Positions 1-14,189 of a stretch of 64,000 nt of DNA are shown here, in pieces. The notes beneath the pieces were generated by a model. It saw nothing but the letters and a program-made list of their open reading frames with translations. It made no database searches and was not told the DNA's origin. A program made the position numbers and the translations under genes. Position 1 is the stretch's first letter. Each line of letters starts with the position of its first letter. The stretch spans positions 85,128,001 through 85,192,000 of the forward strand of contig CM052816.1 of assembly GCA_028534125.1 (NCBI GenBank). The letters run 5' to 3'. The DNA is from Lama glama (lineage: Eukaryota).

Positions 1-92
1 ATACATGCAACAAACATAGTATGACATCTATATCTATCTATGAAAAAATAATTACCTGAACCAAAGTATTACTATGCTAAAGACTGAGAAAC

Positions 93-109
93 TGCGCGCG
101 CGCGCGCGC

Positions 110-147
<38 letters not shown>

Positions 148-150
148 ATG
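93..150. repeat. Compound microsatellite (CG)8-TA-(TG)17, alternating purine/pyrimidine tract
   Basis: Read directly: CG x8 at 95-110, TG x17 at 113-146. Confidence 0.97.
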
Positions 151-2089
151 TCTGTTCATTTACCTTAACCAAAGTAGGTGAAACATCTAGGGAGCATTCC
201 TAAAAAATAATAGAAATCCCCAGCCCACCCCTTCCTCTATTCTGTTCCCTGGAATGAAGCTCTAATGGCTGGATCCGTCAATCATGTTGCACAATAAGGA
301 TGAAGGCAACACCTGATATACTTGACCTGGGACTGTGGGAACTCAGTTCCATTCTTCATACCCGCCTTTACTGCTCAAAATGAAGAGAAGCTATATTCTG
401 CTGACTGTACTTCCAAGAATCCTATATCACTCCTATTGAATATCAAAGTGTATTAAAATTATATTTATAACATACATGGATAATATATGCAAAGGATTAC
501 ATATAATTTATATACATATTATACATATGTGTGTGTATATATAAAATATATATATATATATATATCCTCTAAACCTAAACATACAGTTGTGATAAATAAT
601 TAGAAGCAGAGATTAATCATATGGAATTTTTTCCTCTATCATCTTATTTTCTTAAGTAATCCCAAATGTAAATTCATGGACTCATTATTTTTAAGCTATT
701 TTTTTTCTAAATATTGCTAATTCACCTTTAGGATATTTTGTATATTAACTTTAATCTCATTGAACTTCTATTCTTAATCATTTTGATTTCAGCCATATAA
801 AATGGTATAGCTTTCATTCCTTAGAAAATATGAAAATATAATTATACATACACAGTAATCACTTTTTTATTCCTTTTTTTTTTTTTTTGCAGTTGAGTGA
901 ATATGTGTTTGACTGTTCAGCTGTCTATTTTTCTCCTATGGAGAGAGGTGCATAGGATTGATAAATAAGAGCAGAAAGACTCTCAGTTGTCTCAATATAT
1001 ACACATACACAAAATTCAAAGGATTTGAGCCAAAAATGAATACATTCCTTTAGTCAAATATCACCACAACCATAACCTACTATAAAATCTCACTTGATTT
1101 TGTTTTCTCAGAATAGAATTAAAAACTCTCCTCTGAGAGTTGACGCTTTATTTCAGTGTTAAAAAGAGACCTCTGAAAATAGCAATAGCGTTAAAGAAAT
1201 CAACAGCATTTACATTTTAATTGTTATTCACAGGATCAGGTTTGATTAAGTGTTAATGGACTTATCACTGGTCTTCAAATCATAGCAGATTATGAGATTT
1301 ATTAAATTGGCTGAATTGTTAACCTTTATTTACACTGTAAATAACTCAAACCCAAGTGACTATTTCATCATTTACATTTCCCCATAAACAACAACACTCC
1401 CACTCAAATGCAAGTATACTTTAATGGAGATAAAGCAATCTTTCAAAAATTTTAGTGGGCACATTTGTTTTCTAATAAGAATTACCATTATGTATCTTTA
1501 ATAGTGATTAATTTTTCATTATCTCAATGATGTAATCACCCTATAATTTGGATTATACATTAAGCTTTCTGATTATCATAAAGGATTCAGTGAACTCCTA
1601 CTTCCAGTTCAATTATTGCAACGATTTTAAACTCATGTAAAAGCTAATTATAAGACAGCATGAATAGCCAGAATGAATATAAATATCAGCAGTTCATGTT
1701 CTCACCACATGATTCTGTTAAACACTTGTTATAAATAACCAATTTTTTTTTTTTTAGTGTTGTTCAGGAAATGTGCTTATAGAGTGATTTCCGTTGTTAT
1801 AAAATCACAAGTGAATCATTCTATCTTCTATACCATTCTGCTACACATTTTCTTCTGAATTAAAGCTCACTTTCTCCACCTATTGTTACAACATTGAAGT
1901 TTATGGATTATGTGTATTTTGCTATAAATCCAAAGAATATTTGGTTAACTAGGGATAGAATAGTCATTAAATAGGTATGTCATTATGGATTGGAGGACAT
2001 AAAAATATATTTTAGGTAAAAGACATTTTACCATCTCAAAGGAGTTTCATTATAATTACAGAATTAAAATTCTACATTACATCTGAAAG

Positions 2090-2240
2090 AGACAATGTGG
2101 TGTTGTGGAAAAAGATCACTGTGAGCCAAGAAATGTAGACACATATACTAATCACCCGTGCAATAAAGGTTTAGCCATTTTACTACTTTGCTCTCCAGCT
2201 TTCATTTTCTGTACAATCAGAGAATTTTGCTAAATTATAT
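2090..2240 (+). mobile_element. Degenerate MIR-family SINE
   Basis: 'gtggtgttgtggaaaaagatcactg' 5' part and core-like 'cagctttcattttctgtacaatcagaga'. Boundaries approximate. Confidence 0.55.
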
Positions 2241-3615
2241 TAACAGTGAAAACTGCAAAATGAAAGCTATTTTACTTATAAATTAACAAAAAGTCAATAA
2301 AACAAGTGAAGAAAAATGGCAAAATAAGCTAATATAAGACAATAAACAAAAAGATCAATTGCCCAGGGAGATTTATTTTTGTTAGATAATTTAGTGTCTT
2401 TAAACTATAAAAAAATTTTAAGTAACACTGAGTCTAGAAAAATGAATATATGAAAAAATGAATTATTTGAATTCTTTTTAAAATAATATTTGAACTTATA
2501 TTCAATATTACAGGGAATATTAACTTAAAATTTATATAATATAAAGATGCTTATAAAATTCACAGGCAATTAAATAAATAAATTAAATAAATTAAGTATT
2601 TAACAGTTTTTATTTTCCACCCATTTCAGAAGGATAATTTTATCTCTCAAAATGGTCAGATTTTTATCTTTCTAATATGAACACTTTATATAGAGATATT
2701 TTAAATACCTATTGTAGAATATTATATCATAATCATTTAAAAATAAATCTAAAATTATTTCAATATGACTATTGATGTGGAAAGATAAATTTCAACACTA
2801 AAAATCATTTAACTCAATAATGAAGAGAGAGATTTTGTTTGCTAAACATTTCCCTTCCTAAAATATATTGGTTAAATATTTTTAAATAATCCACTAAACA
2901 TGATAATGTGTAATATCTAGCAAAACAATACAAGATAGACAAAAATTTCAGAAAGATGAATTAGAAGCACAAAATTAGTAGTAATTATATATTGGCATTA
3001 GATGTCAATAAGTTACAGCAAATGTGAAAAGATTAATGTTACTAAAAGGAGAGAGAAATCCCAATTTATTTTTAACTCAAAAAATGTAGTTTATAATGTT
3101 CAAAGGGATATTTTAAAAACAGAATAAAAACAGGAAGTTTAAAATATGTTAGCAAAATTATAGGAAATAAATTATCAAAAAATGAATTAACACAGGATAA
3201 AATAGAATATGAAAATATGAGTGGAAAAAATGGAGTGTTTTTCTTTAATTCAAGGAGTAAGAATTAAGTATATGTACATATATATGTGTTACATATGCAG
3301 TACCATAAAGTATATAACATTTTGTGGATATTTTTACTTAGTTTGAATATATTTCAGCTTATAAATTTGATTGTTTTTTTTTTTTTTACTACTGCTTGGT
3401 ATTCCACAAGTCCACTTTGGATTTTCTTTCTAACTTGAGACGTGTGTTTTAATTCTAATGAATTATATCGTTTGTTTGGTAATCTCTTGGCTTTTTCTAT
3501 TTTCTCTTTCTGGAATTTTTTTTTTTAGTTACATATAAGAAGACAACAGGGTTTGAGTTCCAATTTTGCCTTTCTTTTTCCATCATTTTCTTTTTTAAAG
3601 TTCTACTCTCAAAGA

Positions 3616-3830
3616 CAGGGGTTAGCAGTACCAATTCCAATTTCAGCCTGCTGCTTGTTTTTGTAAAATTTTATTAGAGCACACTTCCTACTCACTTGTT
3701 TAAATATTTTTTTATGGGTGGTTTCTTTCTAAAATTAGAATTGAATGGCAGTCACAGATATTGTAAGGCCTGCAAAGCCTAAAATATTTACTAGTTGGTC
3801 CTTTAGAGAAAAAGAATTTACTGACCACTG
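3616..3830. mobile_element. MER58A-like hAT-Charlie MITE
   Basis: Termini caggggttagca...ctgaccactg; internal 'cctgcaaagcctaaaatatttactagttggtcctttagagaaaaag' matches the recalled MER58A consensus. Confidence 0.9.
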
Positions 3831-5789
3831 TCCTAGAAGATTACCCCAATTTCTTTCAACTTTCTTTTTCTGCTGTGATATATTTAGTTTCTAGAACATT
3901 CTTTATTCCTTTCTATTTCTTTCCAAAACATGTTTTTTTTTTCTTGCTTTGTGGAAGCAATCAGTTCCATAGGCAACCATATATATATATATTTTTTTTA
4001 ATTTGTTTCCCTATGTATTTTTTATAGGCATCTGTTTCCTCTGAATTATTGTATTTATTTTTATTTTGGCTTTCATTCAGAAACTTCTTCAGATGGAAAC
4101 TTTATTGTCCAGGGAGGTTATTAACAAGCACACTTTAGCATCACAGAATAATGAAAACTTTTTCTTTTTGAGGGGGAAGTATCCAACAATATGATGGTCT
4201 GCAGATGTATCTATTAATTTAACTAAGTTGTTTTTTTCACAGATAACTCCAAAGCCTGCATCTACTTGTATTTTGCATAAATCTGAGATCTAGGCTAGGG
4301 AAGTGCTGACCATTCTTCAGAGAGATCAGAAAGCCAACCTTCCTGTTATCCCCTGGTTTTATATGCGTTGACACATCCTCATCCTTTGCTCTTCTTGAAA
4401 TTGTTATATAATATTTTCCATTAAAAAATAACAACACAAATATACAAATAATATAAAAATTCTGCGTATTATGTTACATTTTGGGGCATATGTGGTAAGG
4501 AGAGTAGAGAAACATGTGGTAATGACTACAGAAGTAGTTATTTTCTAAAATAAATTTAGATTAATGCCCCTGTTTTCAGCACTCTGCTGTAGATAATCTC
4601 AAAAACCTGAGACACCCAAGGCGGGCTGCTGGTCCCTCACTCATGGCTTATTACAGTTTTGGTTTTGGTTTGCTTCTGACTTGTTTTCACTAGCCTTTCC
4701 CTCTGGAGGGCTTGGCTGCCACTTCCTCTCCTCTGCTATTTCATTACAATTGCACTGTCTGCTTTCCATCTTCTAAAAACATGTTGAACCATTTCATCTA
4801 CCACTGTCTCTTCTCTAGTCTCTATGGTGAACCTTTAATTATTTTTCTAACATTTTAATTAGCTCTTTAGAGAGGGGAAGGAAAGGGAAATGCATACACT
4901 CAATCCTGACAGACTTATTTTTAAAATAAAAGCTTCTATGATAAATTTATGTATTCATCTAAGTAAAACAAAATGAGTTAGTATTTTTATGGAGAGCAGA
5001 TTCTGGGAAGATAGAGGCTGGATTATATCACCACCATTCTAATTTTCCAAATTCAAAACTCTAATTTCTAATTCAAAATTCAAATTTTCCAAATTCAAAG
5101 AACAACTACATCTCTTCCAGACAAAGTGATAACTACGATTAGGAGGCAATGAGGGAGCCCTGGGCTCTTCTGGAATCTTGAAGGAGAGTCACTCTTGATT
5201 TTGTTTTGTCTTGTGGTGAGTACAAATCTGGAAACCTGGAAACTGGGTGAGGATTATGAGGTTCTATGAGATGCCAGGGATTATATTGATTTCTGCCACC
5301 TTTGCAGCCTTCATAGGCCAGCAGAGAACTCTGGGTAAATTTGATTAAAATATGGTACATATTAGGCCTTAACAGCCCTCAAAGAGAAGGAATATATTAC
5401 AAAATACAGAATTACTATCTAAAAGAGAGAAATGTAGAACCTCCCAAATAGTCTCTATGGGTTATTAGATTAGGGGAACCACATCCTAACGATCACCAAG
5501 GGATGCAGAAAAAGATATTTAGATACTCAAGGATGCAGGAGTCTTAATACTCACTAACTTTCCGTTGTTACCTCAGGGTTAGTGCAGTACTTGGGGTGCC
5601 ACAGTGTTGCATTAAGTTTTCCCACCAACAACTTCAGCTCTCATCACCCCCGAAGCGCTTCTGTCACAGTAAAGATCTTTCTCCTGTTCTTGTCCTCGTC
5701 TCTCTCTTTGGGTAGCCTTCTAAGGCTGACTGAGCAATACTGGTGTCACAATGGGGAGGGGTGGTTTCTTGGTTCTTCTGACCCAACTT

Positions 5790-6234
5790 TGTACTCGTTT
5801 CCTATTGCTGATGTAACATATCACAGACTTAGTGCTTTAAAACAATACATATTTTAAATTAAAATTCTGGAGCTTCAGAGTTCAAACTTTATATTATTGA
5901 GCTAAGGTCAGCAAGGCTAGTTATTTCTGGAGTCTCTACAAAGAATCCATTCCCCTGCCTTTGCCAGCACCTAGAGGCCATCTGCATTTTTTTGACTCAA
6001 AGGCCCATCATTGACTCTGCTTCCATCCTCACATTGCCTTCAACCCTCCAGTCTTCCTTATATAAATACTTTAACTATTACATGGAGTTCACTTCGATGA
6101 TTAAAAGACATTAAAAAAAAACACTTAATTACAAGTGCAAGCTGCCTTTTGCCAGTAAGGTAACATATTCACAGGTTCCTGGAATTAGGCTGTAGACACC
6201 TTTGGTCGGGGGTGCTATTCAGGCCCCCCTCACA
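5790..6234 (-). mobile_element. MLT1 (C/D-like) MaLR solo LTR
   Basis: TG...CA ends; 'tttcctattgctgatgtaaca' and 'aggtaacatattcacaggttcctggaattagg'; short 'actt' direct repeat on both flanks. Confidence 0.85.
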
Positions 6235-6793
6235 ACTTCACAAATCTATCAGTCTATCACAAACTTCAGTCTTAGGCAGGTTCTAAGGAACCTCAGTCTG
6301 TGGATGGTGCCTTCTTAGCATCCCTGTTTCCTCTACCTCTCAGCAGCCAAACTCTGCCTGCTTTCTGTGGTTAGTTTTGGGAAGGAAAGTTTTCTGCCCC
6401 TCCCTGGTGTTATAAGACTTCTCCTTTGAACTGGGACAGAATCTTGAGCCCAGTGATTTTGTACCTTTCTCCCTGTTTTACTGTAAGCTTCTCCTATATG
6501 CAGTGCCTGAATCCTGGGGGAAGGAATATTTCCTGTATCTCTTAGTGGAGCAAATGTATTTTTTATTTCTGCCCCTCCCCCTGAAACAGAGGATTTTTCA
6601 TAGCCACGTGGGGAGGGAGAGTTTGCTGTTCCTTTCCCATCAGCTTAAGGTATTTGACTCATATGAGGAACGGTACAGGGGACGTCATTTGTCTGTCCCA
6701 GTATCACAGCCCATCCCCTTGAACATGGGTGCATTTCCAAGGCACTGGCGGTGCTGTGGGAGGGGCGGCTGTCTTTGGTCCCCTGCCCTGGAC

Positions 6794-7568
6794 CACATTT
6801 TCTAAATCCTGGCATTATTGGAAGGTGGAGCCAGGTAATTCTTTGTTGCAGGGGCTGTCCTGTGCATTTCAGGATGTTTAACGAAGTCCCTGATCTCCAC
6901 CCACTAGATGCCACTAGCACTCTGTATTACTCTTCTATTACTGCAGAACAAATCATCACAAATGCAGAGGGTTAAAACAACACACACAGTTACCTTCTCA
7001 GTTTTTGTGGGTCAGAAGTCTAGCCCTGGCTTAGGTGGGTCCTCTGCTCAGAGCTTCATAAGGCAACAGTTTAGATGTTGGCTGGGCTGTACTGTCATCT
7101 GGTGTTTGGTTTCTCTTCTAAGCTCACATGCATTTTGACAGATTCAGTTCTGTGCAGTTGTAAGACTGAGACCCTCAGTTTTTAGAGATGACCTATAGTT
7201 TCCTGCCACGTGGTCCTCTCCACGTGCTGTTCATGTCACGGCAGCTTGTTTCTTTAATGCCAGTGAGAGAGAGAGAGAGAGACAGACAGACAGATAGACA
7301 GACACTCACTCAATGGCTAAGATGAAGACTTATCTGATGAAATGTGGCCACTCGAGTGACCTTCCATCATCTTTGCCAGACTGTTGGTTAAAAAGGAGTC
7401 AAAAGTCTCACCCACAATAAAGGGTGAGTGGGAGGTGATAACATCAGGGTGCAGAGCATTGGGAGTGTGTCCACAACACACACGACAGTTGTGACCACCA
7501 AAAATTGTGTCCATATATTGTCAGATGTCTCCCTGAAGGGCACAATTCCCCTGGATTGAGAACCACTG
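6794..7568. mobile_element. MER20 hAT element split by an MLT1 LTR (MER20 parts ~6794-6922 and ~7481-7568)
   Basis: 'ggggctgtcctgtgcatttcaggatgttta...ccactagatgcca' resumes as 'cagttgtgaccaccaaaaattgtg...gattgagaaccactg'. 8-bp TSD ccctggac (6786-6793) / ccctaaac (7569-7576). Confidence 0.9.
6923..7480 (-). mobile_element. MLT1 (E/F-like) MaLR solo LTR nested in MER20
   Basis: Starts tgtattac, ends acaca; 'tctcagtttttgtgggtcagaagtctagccctggcttaggtgggtcctctgctcag'; internal (GA)n/(GACA)n at ~7265-7303. Confidence 0.85.
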
Positions 7569-10500
7569 CCCTAAACTGATTATACTTCATCTTTCGGACT
7601 TGATTAAAATTTTAGCTGTGACTTCAGCTTGCTGAGGTTCAATTTAATTTATGATATAGTACATTATCTGGATTTTCTCATTGCTAATAACAAAGCAATA
7701 ATCCCCAGTGGTTTTCTACATCTTATGTGGGAATGTAACTTCCTTGAAGTACGGATGGATTTTGGATATTTTATCCCATGGAGGTGAAAATCCAGGCTAA
7801 TGATTGCTTTGGACACTGGAAATCCCCATTATTTTATTGTTTCAACCAGCAGTTACAAATAACTAATACTACTGCTTCCTACATTAGGCAGCAGAGGTTA
7901 ACTATGAGAAGAGGTTTCTGCTCTAAAGTAGCTAATGATATGAGACTCTGTAACCACTGTCTAGTGTCATATATTCATGAAGGTAACATGATGAGGAAGC
8001 TTACTTTTCCCTCAAATTTCTATTGACAGGAACGTGAAAAACTGAACTGTGATTCTTCTGTGTTTCTACTGATAAATATTATTTTACTTATTTTATTTTA
8101 TAATTCAGAAGAATCCCATTTTTAGTTAATGATATGCCTTGTTTGCATGGGAGATGGGACATCTAAAATATTATAGATTGAATATGAAAAATCTTATTAA
8201 AACTCACTATAAAATCATTTATTATAACAATAACTATTTATGAATACTCTGACATACTTGTCAGCAAATATAACAGGTTTCATAACTTCCTTGAAAAAAC
8301 AGAGGCTTTTAAGTTTTTCAAGCAGGTGAACATTTCCAATAACAATATATTTTTTTAAATCAAGGCAAATATTATTAATTTACACATGTGTATCTTACAA
8401 AGTTCCTAAGAGTTTTCTAGGTATTAGAGCTGTCCACGCACACTAGTAACTTACACTTTAAGAAAGCGTTGAAACAACAGATCAGGAATTAAAAAATTGG
8501 AAAATGTGCTATGTACTTCCTCATCTTACATGGACTAGAATAGCTGAAAAATGTGGTAGAATAAATTTTGTGCAATTGCCTTTTTTGTAGGTCAAAAAAT
8601 AAAATGTTATTCCATTAAAAAATAAAAATAGTATTATCTTCTGTCACAATATTGATATTATTAAAGCATATTTGGAATAGTTGAAATTATTTGAAGCTGT
8701 CAATAATATACGGTAAAAATAAAATTCTTATAATTTTTCTACACTGTTCCACTGGGTTTTTTTTGGGGGGGTAATATTTTCTCTGATGTAACTTCTTTTA
8801 TTACTTTTTAAACATTTAAGATATTGTTATCTATGTTATTACATATTGCTTTGGAAACTATATGCCTATAATCACAGATCTGGATCAATTTTAGTAGAAG
8901 GAAATATAGAAGAGAAACACAAAACAGAGTATTTGAACAAAGACAAAAATGAACAAGGGACTGCTGTACCACTGATTAGCAGACACTTGCTTCAATCTTT
9001 TAGAGCATATCTTCTTACTTTAGTGATTTTATTCTTCTGTGCCCTTGATTTGTTTTTTTTACTGCCTTTTATTTATAATAATCAAAATAGGTCAAGTGTT
9101 CACTGAGTTATCTGAGTAGTCCCCACTTATTGTATTAGCTGTAGAGTGTGAACATGCTAGAACATAATTTTGTCCCTTTCTTTGTTTCTCTCTTTATCAC
9201 TATCCTCTTTCTTCCCTTGGAGCTCAAACTATAAAGCCCATTTGTTAGTGTCTCTCCTAAGGTTACAACTTTCAGCTTCAAGCTGATGTTATCTGTGCAA
9301 CTGCCTTTTTCCTCCAGAACATACTGAATTAGTTTCAAATTGGCTGAAAATCTCTTGTTGTCTGTTCCTATAATTGAACTTCCCAGAACCCATCGCAAAT
9401 TTTTATTCTTCCTAGTGGGAACTAACCCTTGGGATTTGTTCTCCTTGAGCCTGTAAATTTATTTTGCAGTGGCTTTTCCCCACAGTACTTTAAATCTTGG
9501 ATGACCTAGATTTATGGAAGAGGTAACATTGTTGTCACTTTCTTTACAGTATTTGTTTCTCACTGCCCTGGGAATCAAGTAATTGAAAACTGATTATTAT
9601 TTTTAGTTATAGGACTACTTACACACTAAAACAATAATAAAATCAGGAATAACATAATTTTTTAATCTTATCTTGATTCAGAATGTTAACCTTAATTATT
9701 AACTCAAAGTACTTTCATTTATCTGTTTTACTTTTAAGCATGCCTATCTTCTACTTTACTAAAAAAAAAAATACTTCAAATCTTTTCGCTTGTTGTGGTC
9801 AACAATAAGCTTACTCTCATAATCAAGGAGTAACTCAAATTTTTCCTAACTGTGCAACTTCCTTGATATGTTTTTATTAAACTAAGATTTCTTCTTAGAT
9901 TCTACCCAATGTAATTTTTAGAAAAGTTTGCTTGTTTGCGCTTCTTAAAAGGCATCATCATTGGGCATTTTAGAGCTGAGTTATTAAAATAACTGAGTCA
10001 TGTCCTAAGGAGGGAGGGTGCCTGGTGAGCAGAGCATAGTCAGTGGCTGCATGAGTCTAGATAAACCACGGGAGGTACAGGCATGTTGAGGGTATTTTCC
10101 TCTATGAGGTGATGACTAATCAGAAACTACAGATGCTTTATGAAGTCCACTCTTCTCTCCAAGGACAAACGATATTTGATCTCAGTGACTATATCATACT
10201 AAACTTCTGCAAAAATGTCTTATATCCAAGGATCAACAAAAACCCCCAAAAAATCAGTCTTGAACCTGCCACTATGATTAAAGCAGCTCAGTCATTAGAC
10301 CTTGTTGGGTTCTCAGATAATACTGCATTGTAGTGAGCTACACAGAGTATTTGAGCATGAGCACCAGGGTACCAACTTTATGGCATGCTTAGGAAAAGAG
10401 AATTTGTCAAAACAAACAAATAAACAAACGGAGCTTCTGATGAGTGAAAGGGGTTGCCTTTACATGATGGTTGGAAATACAAGTACAGAGAACAGCACTG

Positions 10501-11839
10501 GCAGGGCCTGAGATAAGGATCTGCTTAGGAAAGCAATACATCAGTGATTCTCTCAGCTGTAAGTTTGACCTGATTTAGCTCAATCGCTTTTCAACTTCTA
10601 TCCACTCTCAAAGAGAGAAGAGGATGAGAAAGAGAAAATTAAAAGTGATAGCCCTCTGCAAGCAAATGAATCCCATACTGGTTTCAATGCACAATCACAA
10701 ACAAGGGAGATTATTCCCAAGCAGATAGTGTTAAAGTGAAAGAATGTGTGTTATTTGGCTATGAATTAATAGTTTAAGGATGAACCCTGGAGTTTAATGT
10801 CTAAGATTTCATATCTATCTCTTAGTCATTCTCAGGTAAGGCATTTTTGTTCCTGTGAATTTGGGACCAAGATATCCCCAGCAATACTCACATTTCAAAT
10901 ATCACTATATCCATGCATATCCATATCAATATCTATACCTGAAAAGTGTTAATGTAATTACATTTACTCGAAAAGCCAATGCTATAGCCCTATTTCAAAC
11001 AAAGTGTCCTGTTAATTCTGTGATAAGCTTCCTTCATTGATGAGAATTCTGTCTCTCTGACAGCAACTGCAAGAGGCAGAAATTCTAAGCTGAAAGTTGT
11101 CATCAAATATATTTCACAGTTCTCATTTCCTCTTGCACAATTTATAGCACTCTTTCAAGCAGTAGGAGGCTCCTTTCACACCAGTACATAGTTTCAACAA
11201 ACTAACTTCCAGCTGTACCATACACTATCCCTCTATCCCAAGTGTTCCCAGAGCTGTGTTATGCTGAGTGTTTGTGTATGCATGCTGGGGGGAAGGTGTT
11301 GTAGAGAGTCCAAAATATACATGCTTTGACTTTTTTACAGGAAATGACAAGAAAAATGAACCAGTTTCTATAGAACATGTGCAGAATAATAATCAAATAC
11401 TTTAGTTAAACTAAGTTTTTTAAAAATTAATCATTTAATTAGGTATGTATAGGAAATCCATTGGCAAAATATTTTACATAAAAAAGATTAACTGATTTTA
11501 GAGTTTTGATGTTTCATCATTGTGATTAGAATTTCTCTATCATAAACTTTTTGAAAAGTGCATTCAAACCAAAGTAAATGAGATATAAATACAACCAGGT
11601 ATTTTATTGCTTTTAACCTTTCCAAAATCTTCGTTTAAAATTCTACTAATAACACAGTCTCAGTTGAACAATGAAGAATTCAGGAAGGGTTTAAAACCCA
11701 CTTGTTGCAAAGTAGCACAAAGTGCCATCCCTGTAGAGTCCAGGCTACCCTGTTTGTTACAGTAAAGTGGTAATATTGTGAGGCTCTTGAGGTCATCAGA
11801 TTAGTGGAATCATTTAATGATGAGTAGACTAGAATATTG

Positions 11840-12119
11840 CAGTTGTCCCTAAGTATTCATGGGGGATTGTTTCCAGGACCTGCTGTAGACATCAAATTCT
11901 GCTGATGCTCATGTCACACAGGCAACCATCCATAACCACAGGTTCTGCATCTTAGGATTCAACCTACTGAGGGTCATAAACATGGCAAACAATCCATGAT
12001 TGGTTTATTCCACTGATGCAGAACCACAAATATGGAAGGCCAATTGTATATTTATTGAAAAAAATCCATATAGAAGTGAACCCTTGCAATTAAAACCCCA
12101 TTTTTTTGAGTGTCAACTG
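11840..12119. mobile_element. Tigger2-derived MITE (MER8/MER2-like, TcMar)
   Basis: Inverted termini cagttgtc...gtcaactg followed by TA; internal 'gggggattgtttccaggacc' and 'ggttctgcatcttaggattcaacc'. Confidence 0.85.
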
Positions 12120-13084
12120 TACACCATGAGGCATTTATGCTAACTAAATGCAAGGCAGTATTTTTGGAAATGCTCAGGAAGACCTAAGAAGCAGATTGTT
12201 TCTGCTAATTTCTGGATGAATATGACCATCATGTTTTGCTTCTGCAAAACTGAGATAAATATATTTTCTTAGTGATTTTACACTTGTTATGAAAAAAAAA
12301 GGTAATAAGATGATTAGATTAGAAGGTTAAAAGTCATGCTTTATATTCAAGATATCACTGCCAAAAGACAGGAGCAAAGATCAAAGCATATTGCTTTGTC
12401 TGACTAATGTGATATGGTCCTCAAACTCTTCCTAGGGCCAAGCAATATAAAATTAGTTTAACTCATGTCTCCCTGCATTGGAAAGTCATAGTCATAAGGT
12501 TTCCATATAGAATATTATATGTGTTAGTTACAGTTGTATCTAATATTCCAGAAGATGTAGATAGAGTATATATAGACTCTAAACAAATCTTATTATTCCT
12601 CTCAGATGGAAAAATCATTTAGTCAGAATCCCACACCTTTTGTAATTGGCATTATGAATTTGTAAATATAGCACTACATAGTTTACAAAGAAGTTTCACA
12701 AAATTTTTTTCTATTTGGGACCTAAATTATTCCTGTGAGGTAAATATTAGCAATTCCTTTTTACTGCTTGGATTATTAAGATTATCTAAGTTAAATACCA
12801 AAACTGGAATTAGAGTGAAATGAACTTCCTAGGAATTATGTTTCCAAGCTTCAAAAGTTTCATTAATTTGCTTTCATAAATATGTTTTTACTCAAAGATA
12901 AATTAGCACATAGTGGTAAAGGAAGCTTTGCTTTTCTCCTTCACATTTTTTAATGATCCTTGGAATTAATGGGTGTTTGGAGACTGTAAAGGTACAGCGG
13001 CCAGCAATAGATTTGGCTCGGTATCATTTTGCCTATAAATCATATCTGGAAATTGAAAATCATGACCATGTAATTGTTATATTA

Positions 13085-13945
13085 TTTTTTAGAGCAGATT
13101 CACAGTAAAGTTGAGGGGAAGGGAAAGAGACTTCCTATATATCCCCTGTTCCACACACATATAGACTCCCCTACTATCAAATCATTGAACAGCATTATGT
13201 ATTTGTTACAATTAATAAACCTAAAATGATGCAACATAATCACCCAAAATGTAAATTATGGTATACTTGATGGTGTACATTTTCTGGGTTTGGACAAATG
13301 ATGACATGTTGCCATCTTATAGTATCATACAGAGGTTTTTATTATCCTAAAAATCCTCTGTGCTTACCCTATTCATCAATCCCCATTCCTGCAACCCAAC
13401 ACTGGCAATCACTGAATTTTTAACTGTCTTCAAAGTTTTGCCTTTTCCAGAATAGCATATAGTTGGAATAATAAAGTATGTAGTTTCAGACAGGATTATT
13501 TTACTTGATGATATGCATTCAAGTTTCCTCCATGTCTTTTCATGGCTTAATAGTACATTTCTTTTTAGTACTGCATAATAGTCTGTTGTTTGGATATACC
13601 ACAGTTTACTTAACCATTTATCCACTGATTGCTTCCAAGTTTTGGCAATTATGAATAAAGCTACTATAAACATTTCTGTGCAGGTTTTTATGTGGACATG
13701 TTTTCAGCTCCTCTGGGTAAATACCAAGGAGCGCAATTGCTGGATCCTATGTTTAGTTTTGTATGAAATTACCAAACTTTTCCAAAGTAACTGTACTGTT
13801 TTGCATCCCAACCAGTAGTGAATTAGAGTTCCTGTTGCTCTACATTTTCACTAGCACTGGGCATTGTCAATGTTCTAGATTTTGACCATTCTAATAGGTA
13901 TGTAATGGTATCTCATTTTTTAAAATTTGCCTTTCCCTGATGACA
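13085..13945 (-). mobile_element. L1MC1-like LINE-1 3' end
   Basis: Minus-strand ORF 13347..13673 (MFIVALFIIAKTWKQ...KLWYIQT) is the L1 ORF2 C-terminus; L1MC-type 3'UTR lies to the left. Confidence 0.88.
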
Positions 13946-14189
13946 TGGGCCCCTGAAGCAAGGGGGCGCATGAGGGCTTTTGGCTTGAGCTGGCTGCAGA
14001 CAGAAGTCCCAGCTGTCTCGGATGCCCTGCCTGTGCAGGTGCCCACAGTTGTTTCCCTTACTCTGCTCAGATACAGCCTTGGTGGCAAAATCTCTTTGTC
14101 CTTCACTGCCAATTACTGCCCCCTCAGCCACCACCACTCCTGTCCTTTAATGGAGACACACTAAAGGGCAGGCAGGGCCCACATGGATT

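Noticed and set aside
5041..5099. 17-bp direct repeat aattttccaaattcaaa
   Set aside because: Low-complexity local slippage; not an array or a TSD of a recognisable element.
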